A DNA stretch of 64,000 nt from Tubulanus polymorphus (lineage: Eukaryota; Animalia; Nemertea): assembly GCF_964204645.1 (NCBI RefSeq), contig NC_134032.1, forward strand, positions 15,426,275-15,490,274, in the 5' to 3' direction. The translations under genes and the position numbers were made by a program. Every line of letters starts with the position of its first letter. Position 1 is the stretch's first letter. Under the pieces are notes generated by a model. The model searched no databases, was not told the DNA's origin, and saw only the letters and a program-made list of their open reading frames with translations. Of the stretch, positions 54,584 to 64,000 are shown piece by piece.

Positions 54584-54726
54584 TGTTAGGTGCTGCCCCT
54601 ATGCGTATCATTAGCGGTAAATTTGTGAACTAACTGATAGTTCAATTTTCCTACTGCGGCGCGCGAGTAATGAGTTAGTTCATGTATTCACCGTCTACGA
54701 TATGTATAGGGGCAGCACTTGACGGT
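54584..54726. mobile_element. Fold-back element (~57-bp imperfect arms) upstream of TM9SF1
   Basis: gtgctgcccctat...ataggggcagcac and tgaactaact...agttagttca. Confidence 0.65.
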
Positions 54727-54984
54727 TAAAATATATATGGATTCGAACAGTATTCAGAATTACTGGGTTCGAAACTATTCGCTACTGTTCAGCTGCAACA
54801 AAATATACGGTCTCATACAACTTGAACTATTCATTAGACTGAATGCGTCTCGAATGTCACGCTCATTGCGGTACCAGGATTAGATCTATGGAAGTAACAT
54901 TAGTAATAAAATGGTGAATGTTGAATCTGGTACTTTTATTCGGCGAAGGTCGCGTGGACGCGGAAGTAAATGATTTGTTTCAAG

Positions 54985-57900
54985 ATGGCGGCTATGGCTA
55001 TGTGGAGGATTTTAGCGTTCGTTGCTGCGGTATTTTTACTGTTTACGAGTAAAACTGTTTCATCTGCGTCAAGTTATAAAGACGGCAACAAGGTATTCAA
55101 TATTGACTCGTATTTCAACAGCTGAATTTAATCGGGCAGTCTTCGAAACCCGGGCAAATGACTGAGACAAATAATCTGGCAACATATTTTGCTGGGCAGG
55201 TAGTGACAGGTGCTGTCAAAATAGAAGAGTGACATTAAACCGAAAGCTATTGCTGTTTATGTATAAAGATTAAAAATTTTGTAAAGATGGTTCTTGAGTC
55301 GGTTCCATAGTCATGGCTTAGATTTAAAACCAGTCTAAACTTATTTATAACCAGTCTAAACTCATTTTGGTTCTATAAACAATCTCTAACAACTTAAGAC
55401 CAGTCTAAGCTCATTTTATTTCTATAACCAATCTAACAACTTGAGATCAGCCTAAGCTCATTTTAGTTCTATAACCAATCTAACAACTTAAGACCAGTCT
55501 AAGCTCATTTTAGTTCTATGACCAATCTAACAACTTAAAACCAGTCTAAGCTCATTTTAGTTCTATAACCAATCTAACAACTTAAGACCAGTCTAAACTC
55601 ATTTTAGTTCTATAGCCAATCTAACAACTTAAGACCAGTCTAAGCTCATTTTAGTTTTATAACCAATCTAACAACTTAAGACCAGTCTAAACTCATTTTA
55701 GTTCTATAGCCAATCTAACAACTTAAGACCAGTCTAAGCTCATTTTAGTTTTATAACCAATCTAACAACTTAAGACCAGTCTAAACTCATTTTGGTTCTA
55801 TAACCAATCTAACAACTTAAGACCAGTCTAAACTCATTTTAGTTCTATAGCCAATCTAACAACTTAAGACCAGTCTAAACTCATTTTGGTTCTATAACTA
55901 ATCTATCTAACAACTTAAGATTTAAGACCACTTTTGGTCTTGTTTATGGAACCGTGCTGTGGTGAATAACGATCTTGTAGAACTTGTACTCATTATCTGC
56001 TGCTGTTGTGTTCTGTTTCAGGTAAATGTCTACGTGAATAAAGTTGGACCATATTTCAACCCACATGAAACGTACCACTATTACCAGCTGCCGGTTTGTC
56101 GCCCGGAGAAGGTAATTTCAATTTCATTTGATGATATCTCTAACATTTGATATATTCAATGAGGTGTTGGTGTCTCCAGTTAGTCGCCACTAGATGGCGT
56201 GTCGATCAAAATTTAGTTCAATTTCGACTAACTTTCATCTCGATTTCTAACCCCTCATCAATTGTAGACTTTGAAAAATCGTTTAAGAATAAATTGATTC
56301 TTTTTTACATTTAGAATAAAAAGTTTTTGACATGTAGAATGAATTGACTTTTTAAACATGTAGAAAAAAATTTTTTTTTAACATAAAGAATAAATTTTTT
56401 TTACTTGTAGAATAAATTGATTTTTGATAAACATGTAGAATAAAGTTTTTTTAACATATAGAATAAATTTTTTTTTACTGGTAGAATGAATGAATTTTTT
56501 TTCAAACATGTAGGATAACTTCGATTTTTAATTTATAGATTGAAGCGAAGATATTAACACTAGGCGAGGTTTTGGACGGCGATCGAATGGCTCTGTCGCT
56601 TTACGATTTGAAATATAAAGAAGACATTCCGCGTAAAGAACTCTGTAAATTCACGTACAACGAACAGGATTTAAAAAAAATCCGCGAAGCAATCGAAGAA
56701 CTTTATTATTTTGAGTTTGTAGTCGGTAAGTTTACTGTGAAATTTACCCGTCCCGCGTTGCTTTAAATAAATTCTACAAAATCACGAGGGTCTAGCTGCA
56801 AAAAGGGCTCTGGTCTCAACAAGTAACTCAGTAAGACTGGACTCAACAATTTCGATGATGATCTTATTCAATTTTCTATCGGGGGATTTTGTTTTTCAGA
56901 TGATATACCGGTGCGAGGGTTCATCGGGCATTTAGAGGAGGGCGGATTCCTGCCGCACACACATAAAATACATCTTTGGGCTCATTTACATTTCAACATC
57001 GAATATAACGGCGACAAGGTACGTGTTATCGTCGTAGTACATCAGCGCCCCCTATATTCCTCGATCTGATTTTATTTTCGATGATATTTTTTATTTGTCA
57101 GATTATTTTTGCGAATGTATCAACACGAGACCAGGCTCCGGTGAATCTGGACGCGGCTAAAACTCCGTTTGATGTTATATTCTCGTACAGCGTCAAATGG
57201 ATTCCGTCAAAGTAAGTGAGTCCATATTCAGCCTCGCCTTAAGGGGTCAGGGTTAAGAATTCCCCCTATGACATCATCAAATTGTCTACTACCGGTAGTG
57301 ATTTGATCTACGATAGATTTCTAGCAAAGATGTCTTCTACCATTAATCCCCCTATGACATCATCAAATTGTCTACTAGTGATTTGATCTATAATAGACTT
57401 CTAGTAAAAATGACTTCTACCATAAATCCCCCTATGACATCATCAAAGCCATCGACTTATAATGATTTGATCTAAAGATTCTCACAGAATCCTCCATAAG
57501 GATTTATGGAGGATGACATCATCAAATTAGACCTATGACATCATCAAATTAGCACATTTAAGCGCAAACAAATGCAGAAAATATGATTGATTTTTTTGCG
57601 CATGAATTTTGCAGAGTTGCTTTTGAAGAACGAGGGAAGAGAATTAGAGACAGCAGTTTCTTCCCTAAAACATTAGAGGTAGGTTTTCTTGGTCCATATC
57701 CGGGCCGGGCTGTCTCGCTTCGGACACAGGCCGTCTCGGTCCATATCCGGGATGCCTTGCTCCATATAGGGGCCATCGCAGTCCATATCCAGACCATCTC
57801 TCTCAGATGTCGGGGAATTTCGTTTAAAAAGCTTAAGATCTGGGACGAGTCAGTGTCTTGAGAGATCGTGCGTGAAATTAAACAGTTTCTGTTTATGTAT

Positions 57901-60900
57901 TCGAGGGACTTTGTTCATGGATTGGACTCTGAACAGATCAAATCAGGGAAAACAATGCGCATGTCGGGGAATAGTCAGGGGAAAAGCCGAAAGTCAAATA
58001 AAAGTGGTACAACCTTGTTTCAATGATTCTAATATGTTTGCCTTGTTACTTCAGATTCACTGGTTGTCGATATTTAACTCGATGGTTCTAGTTTTTCTAC
58101 TCATCGGTTTCGTCGTCATTATTTTGGTAAGTAGCGAAAATATTTAAACATTTGATTTTTAGATTTTTGAATTTAGCGCTTTCTCTGCGCAACAATGTCG
58201 CTGCTATAAGACCGATTTACCCCTAGGGATAACTTTGATACCCGGTCCATAAAACCAGGCCCAGGTAAAGGATTTACACCAGGGGTAACTTTGATACCCG
58301 GTCTATAAAACCAGGCCCAGGTAAAGGATTTACACCAGGGGTAACTTTGATACCCGGTCTATAAAACCAGGCCCAGGTAAAGGATTTACACCAGGGGTAA
58401 CTTTGATACCCGGTCCATAAAACCAGGCCCAGGTAAAGGATTTACACCAGGGGTAACTTTGATACCCGGTCCATAAAACCAGGCCCAGGTAAAGGATTTA
58501 CACCAGGGGTAACTTTGGTACCCGGTCCATAAAACCAGGCCCAGGTAAAGGATTTATCCCTAGGGATAACTTTGATACCCAGTCCATAAAACCAGGCCCA
58601 GGTAAAGGATTTACACCAGGGGTAACTTTGGTACCCGGTCTAAAGAAGCCGGGCCCGGGTTAAGAATTAATCACCAGGGTTAAGTTTGATATTGCGCTGA
58701 CCTGTTCACAAGTACATTGAGTACACCGAGGTATTTCACAATCTGAGATTGAATTCTGTGTTTTCTATGTATGCAGTTTATATGTAGTTAAAAGCAACAC
58801 AATTTTCAGAATTGTCAGTATTCGATTGTGTATAATTAAAACAATCAATTGTGATTCGTATAGATATAAATTATATTGATTCACAGTCAGTAGTCGCAGA
58901 TTGTGAGTATGTGCACAAATGTCACAGTATGAGATCTTGTACTAGCATATGTCAATATATCCGGCACCAGCTGGTCATCTGCTTTACTAAATCTGTATCC
59001 AGTTCCACAGTTGTGTGTGTTTAAATTAACTGTGGATCCAGTTCCACAGTTGTGTGGCTTAAATTTAATCTGGATCCAGTTCTATAGTTGTGTGGGTTTA
59101 ATTTGACTGTGGATCCAGTTCCACAGTTGTGTGGGTTTAATTTAACTGTGGATCCAGTTCCACAGTTGTGTGGGTTCAATTTAACTGTGGATCCAGTTCC
59201 ACAGTTGTGTGGGTTCAATTTAACTGTGGATCCAGTTCCACAGTTGTGTGGGTTCAATTTAACTGTGGATCCAGTTCCACAGTTGTGTGGGTTCAATTTA
59301 ACTGTGGATCCAGTTCCGCAGTTGTGTGGGTTTAATTTAATCTGGATCCAGTTCTATAGTTGTGTGGGTTTAATTTGACTGTGGATCCAGTTCCACAGTT
59401 GTGTGGGTTTAATTTAACTGTGGATCCAGTTCCACAGTTGTGTGGGTTTAATTTAACTGTGGATCCAGTTCCACAGTTGTGTGGGTTCAATTTGACTCTG
59501 GATCCAGTTCCACAGTTGTGTGGGTTCAATTTGACTCTGGATCCAGTTCCACAGTTGTATGGGTTTGATTTAACTGTGGATCCAGTTCCACAGTTGTATG
59601 GGTTTGATTTAACTGTGGATCCAGTTCCACAGTTTTTAGGGTTAAATTTAACTGTGGATCCAATTCCGCAGTTGTGTGGTTTTAAAATCTGGACCTGGTA
59701 CGCATATGTGCGGGTTTAATGAAATTCTGCCCAAACGATCTGAATTTAGTTCCACACTTGGGCGGTTGCACACTACTGACACCTGGTGGATCCTCACTTG
59801 CCACAAAAGTGTAATCCTCTATTTCCGCAGTAGTCGATGTCCTACTGCACACTAGCGACACCTGGTGAATAAGCCATTAAAATCCTGCAGTTTAATTCAA
59901 TAAAAATCTAAATGAAATCTATAATATTGAAAATGAGATAAATGTCTGTTGATAGTCGTATTAATAAAACACGCCATCTGGTGTCACTATTTGTAGACTC
60001 GAATACTGAGGAATGATTTCGCGCGTTATAACACTGATGAAGAGGATAGCGATGATATCGACCCTGAAGAGAATGGTTGGAAGATCATTCACACTGATGT
60101 ATTCCGGTTCCCGCCGTATAAAAGTTTATTCTGCGCGATTCTCGGTAAGTTTCCTCAATCGTTGCTATTGGATACTTCATATTTTCAAAAAGTGCAACAA
60201 TTAAAACGGTTTGAAGTTTTTTTATACTTTTTGTTATTGGTAGCTTCATTTTTCATTAACCCTTCAGTGTTGACAGTTTCCTAAAATGCTGGGGCCGGAT
60301 GCACAGTCGTGACTTAAGTCCAAAAGTGGTCTTAAAATTCAAGACTGGTCTTAAGTTGTTTGATTGGCTATTGAACCAAAATGAGCTTAGACTGGTCTTA
60401 AGTTGTTAGATTGGTTATAGAACTAAAATGAGTTTAGACTGATCTTAAGTTGTTAGATTGGTTATAGAACTAAAATGAGTTTAGACTGGTCTTGAGTTGT
60501 TAGATTGGCTATAGAACTAAGTTGGCTTTGGACAGGTCTTTTGAAATTTGGACGATTTTAACACAGTGCAATGTTTAATGGGCGGCATACCTCTAAAGTG
60601 TGGACAACGTCCGCACGCGGCAGTTCGATGTATTGTTACCCTGTCATGCGGTGTATTATTATTATGAATGTATCACAATGTTGGAGACAGGTGCGTGCTG
60701 CCATCTTTCAGTAGATGATTTAACTAATTGATAATTACTCGGATACGCCGCACCGCGAGGTAGACGTTGATGGATTATACATCGCATGGCGAGGTTCAGG
60801 TATTGATCAGGGTTTAAATTCCAACTACAAAACGGTTTTAAGTTTGAATACGTTGCGTAAAACAGAAAAAGTTTTACAGAAAATCAAAAAATTTCTCGAC

Positions 60901-63754
60901 TTCAGTTTTTATCGCGGCGTGCCGCGGAGGTATCGTATGGTACCATGGCAACAACTAGGCCTACAGCGGGGTCGAAATAAGTGAAGAAATTCCGCGCGAA
61001 AAACGGGCAGCGTGTAAATATAGATGAAGAAATTAATGAAATAAACGAATTGTCGAATGATTGTCGCGAATTTGAAAATCACCGTCGGATAAGTGTACAT
61101 CAGTAACATCATATACGCGAACGATTTCGTCCAGTTTTTATAATCGAATCGATATCTTGCTTGAAAAACTGCTTTCGAGAGTTGTGTTGAGGCGGAGGCG
61201 ACCGTCTCCGGGGCGATCAGCGCTACGAATACAATCACTACGCACGTCAAGGTTTTACTCGCCGATTTAGAATGTTTCGCGTCTACGACGACGGCGCCAC
61301 CTGTCGGCGCTCGATTTCTGCTCGCGGCGGCCGTCAGCGCGGAGAGTATTACCACGGCGACGACCGGTATTACGTCTTGCGTGATTAAACGCGCGACGTT
61401 GGCGTAATAGACGGTGGCACGATCGTGGAACACGGTCATCGCGTACCAGATCGTTAAACTGGCGTTGGTCGGCGCGTCGCGTTCCGTTCGGCGTCCGATC
61501 CAAGTCACGATTTTCTGGAAATTCTGGGCGTACGACGCCACCAGGGCGGCGCCGGCGATCGCGTTGCGTACTCGCGCCGTGTAGCGCCGTCGGTGCCAAA
61601 ATGGCGCGCGAATCGCCGCGAACCTCTCGATCGCTACGGCGATGATTATCCAGTTCGAGAACGAACGAGCCGGACGTTCGAAATATTGATGCAACGGCGG
61701 AACCCTAAAAACCGGAACGATGTATAGATAATAGTAAACACTATAAAGCGGACAGGCCGGTTTCGGACCGAGGTACGGATTTCGGCGCATGCGACAATCG
61801 CGCCGGTAAAAGCGTAAGTCGTTGACGACGAATTTAAACGCATGGTACGCGTAGTCGCGTAGATCGCAGAGAACGACGATCTGATCGGAGACGGCGAGCG
61901 TCGACAGGTAAACGAAGGTCGCGCGGACCGATCGTCGACTGCGACATCGAAACAGAATCGCGATCGTGAAAACGTTGAAAACGAGGCCGCCGATCGGACG
62001 CAACATTAAACGAACGGTTTTGGCGGCGACGTTGGCGGCGGCGCGCGCCGACGACGATCGTGTTACGACGGCGTCGAGTCGCGCCCAATAATTGTACCAA
62101 TAATACGCGTCCTCCGTCTGCTCCGCAGCGGTTACCGTCGGCGATGCAACAGACGACATCGTCAATGAATTCGTCTGCTTCGAGATCTATGTCTTGTACA
62201 TCGATAATTAAAGAATGAAATATTTATTTTTAGTTTTTTAGTTAATTATTTTTTTTCATTCTAATCGATCGTTTTTTAAAAGAAAAATTTCTCCCCGACG
62301 ACAGAGGGATTATTAAATTGATCGAATTCGGAATCAATTCTAGCTCCGGGCAACGGTATTGATTATCGACTACGTTTTGAGCCGTTGAAAGAAATATCGA
62401 TGAAAAATCTATGAAATTTCTACGAGAAAGAATCGAACTTTTTAATTCAATGTCCAACGGAATTTATGCAAAGCTAATAGATATTTTAAAGTCGAAGATT
62501 TATACATCCTTTTGAACTGGGTCCAGTTCCACAACTCTGAGTTCAGATTTGACCCTGAGTTGACTCACTGAAAATGAACTGATTTTAACTCAGAGTTAAC
62601 TCTAACTCACAACTGTGGAACTGGGTCCTGGAGTTTTCCGAAGTTATCAAATCATCAGGGTCCAGTTCCACAGTTCTGAGTTCAGATTTGACTCTGAGTT
62701 AACTCATTGAAAATGAACTAACTTTAACTCAGAGTTAACTCTAACTCACGACTGTTGAACCGGGTCCTGCAGCGCGTGATGGTAATAGAATAAGTCAACT
62801 CTGAAATGCTAGTTATCCAGCCCCCCGCTCCCCCTCCCCAGCCCCCCACTCCCCTCTCCTGCGGAGGCGTTCACTGATTTTCTTTATTTCAGGTGTCGGT
62901 AGTCAGTTCATCGCCATAGCGACCGGTATTATTGTAATGGCGTTACTCGGTATGTTTAACGTTCATCACCACGGAGGAATCAATACGGCGGCCATTGTTT
63001 TATACGCTCTTACATCGTGTAAGTAGTAACTGAACCGACGCCACCTGGTGGCTCGGTGATTAAACGATTAATGAGTGTATGTTTGGCTCACACAGGTATA
63101 TCGGCGCCACCTGGTGGCTCGATGATTAAACGATTAATGATTGTATGTTTTGCTCAAACAGGTATATCGGCGCCACCTGGTGGCTCGATGATTAAACGAT
63201 TAATGATTATTACAGGTATATCGGGATACGTCGCTGCAAACATGTATCGGAAAATGGGAGGTGAAAACTGGGTCATCAACATCAACTTAACTTCCTGTTT
63301 ATTCGCATGTAAGTTTAATGTTACATGTTACTGAACCCAGTTCCACAGTTCCAGAACCTAGTTCCACATGAACCCAGTTCCACAGTTCCAGAACCTAGTT
63401 CCACATGAACCCAGTTCCACAGTTACTGAACCCAGTTCCACAGTTCTAGAACCTACTTCCACAGTAATCACTGAAGCCAGTTCCACAGTTCCAGAACCTA
63501 GTTCCACAGTAATAACTGAGTCCAGTTCCACAGTGGATCAAGTTCCACAGATCTGATTCCAGTTCAACAGTTCTAAGAACCCTGATCTACATTTGTATCC
63601 TGGCTTTAACTTTTAGCTGATTATTGTATGTTATATTTTGTAGTGCCATTCTTTGTAATCTGGGCGATGTTGAATACTGTAGCTTTATCATATGGAAGCA
63701 CGCAAGCTCTACCTGTTACTACTATCATATTACTCATCTGTATATGGTTAATTA
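54985..63754 (+). CDS. TM9SF1: Transmembrane 9 superfamily member 1 (continues beyond right edge)
   Basis: Exons 54985-55092, 56022-56111, 56539-56725, 56900-57018, 57102-57211, 57615-57678, 58055-58126, 59997-60144, 62893-63018, 63216-63308, 63644-63754, all in phase. Signal peptide; [74 protein letters not shown]. Confidence 0.95.
55300..55954. mobile_element. MITE with internal 47-bp array (~12 copies)
   Basis: cggttccata...tatggaaccg termini enclosing the reverse complement of the array at 1-698. Confidence 0.9.
58213..58660. repeat. 56-bp minisatellite, ~8 copies
   Basis: gatttacaccaggggtaactttgatacccggtccataaaaccaggcccaggtaaag. Confidence 0.93.
58996..59690. repeat. 39-bp hairpin minisatellite derived from a MITE end
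   Basis: ctgtggatccagttccacagttgtgtgggtttaatttaa, ~17 copies; contains the aactgtgga/tccacagtt inverted pair. Confidence 0.93.
60291..60540. mobile_element. MITE, 47-bp-array family (~4 units)
   Basis: ggccggatgcacagtcgtgacttaagtccaaaagtggtc followed by array units. Confidence 0.8.
60909..62159 (-). CDS. Intronless rhodopsin-class (FMRFamide/sex-peptide-receptor-like) orphan GPCR, 416 aa, nested in TM9SF1 intron 8
   Basis: First ATG at 62159. Seven hydrophobic segments; TM2 [11 protein letters not shown]3 [21 protein letters not shown]5 IPV, TM6 FVALIAP, TM7 INFFIY, helix 8 FRAEF, C-terminal CC. Confidence 0.88.
   Translation of the reverse strand: MSSVASPTVTAAEQTEDAYYWYNYWARLDAVVTRSSSARAAANVAAKTVRLMLRPIGGLVFNVFTIAILFRCRSRRSVRATFVYLSTLAVSDQIVVLCDLRDYAYHAFKFVVNDLRFYRRDCRMRRNPYLGPKPACPLYSVYYYLYIVPVFRVPPLHQYFERPARSFSNWIIIAVAIERFAAIRAPFWHRRRYTARVRNAIAGAALVASYAQNFQKIVTWIGRRTERDAPTNASLTIWYAMTVFHDRATVYYANVARLITQDVIPVVAVVILSALTAAASRNRAPTGGAVVVDAKHSKSASKTLTCVVIVFVALIAPETVASASTQLSKAVFQARYRFDYKNWTKSFAYMMLLMYTYPTVIFKFATIIRQFVYFINFFIYIYTLPVFRAEFLHLFRPRCRPSCCHGTIRYLRGTPR
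62519..62767. mobile_element. Two adjacent ~110-bp Harbinger-like MITEs
   Basis: ggtccagttccaca...tgtggaactgggtc with CWG flanks. Confidence 0.8.
63039..63224 (+). repeat. 66-bp repeat x~2.8 duplicating the TM9SF1 exon-10 acceptor, each unit with a CTCF-like motif
   Basis: cgccacctggtggc at 63039, 63105 and 63171; acag|gtatatcgg after 63095, 63161 and 63215. Confidence 0.9.
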
Positions 63755-63784
63755 GTGAGTATCAAACCTCTCAGAAAGTAGAAC

Positions 63785-64000
63785 CGTGAGACTCTGCCAC
63801 GTTCCTCCCTCGCAGGGATTTGAACCTGATGACATCGTGAGACTCTGCCACGTTCCTCCCTCGACAGGGATTCGAACCTGATGACATCGTGAGACTCTGC
63901 CACATTCCTCCCTCGACAGGGATTCGAACCTGATGACATCGTGAGACTCTGCCACGTTCCTGATGACATCGTGAGACTCTGCCACGTTCCTCCCTCGGCA
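63785..64000 (-). repeat. ~52-bp tandem repeat with tRNA A/B-box-like motifs
   Basis: Minus-strand unit tgtcgagggaggaacGTGGCAGAGTctcacgatgtcatcaGGTTCGAATCCc. Confidence 0.8.

Noticed and set aside
59021-59719. 13-aa repeat proteins ([13 protein letters not shown] / [13 protein letters not shown])
   Set aside because: 39-bp MITE-derived minisatellite in a TM9SF1 intron, open on both strands by chance.
61267-62100. Overlapping alternative-frame ORFs in the GPCR
   Set aside because: Expected by-product of GC-rich coding sequence.

Overview
Eukaryotic (invertebrate animal, probably lophotrochozoan; inferred, not proven) genomic DNA with GT-AG introns. Minus strand: a divergent calmodulin-like gene (runs off the left edge, with a tRNA-Cys in intron 2), a near-canonical 149-aa calmodulin and an 11-exon DCAF13/Sof1 gene. 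Plus strand: TM9SF1 (11 exons visible, runs off the right edge), with an intronless antisense rhodopsin-class GPCR in intron 8. The ~35 kb between DCAF13 and TM9SF1 holds no recognisable housekeeping gene. It contains a 14.8-kb two-monomer (108/121-bp) satellite, several minisatellites, a ~2-kb duplication carrying a ShK-toxin-like exon, a gap-free 163-bp-arm hairpin, a dead Penelope-type GIY-YIG fragment and a TATA/5'TOP-type promoter firing a spliced, apparently non-coding minus-strand transcript into the region. Introns carry Harbinger-like MITEs that seed tandem arrays, plus short palindromic Penelope-derived elements with minimal hammerhead ribozymes on both strands. All exon boundaries, alignments and counts were read by eye; no database searches were run.
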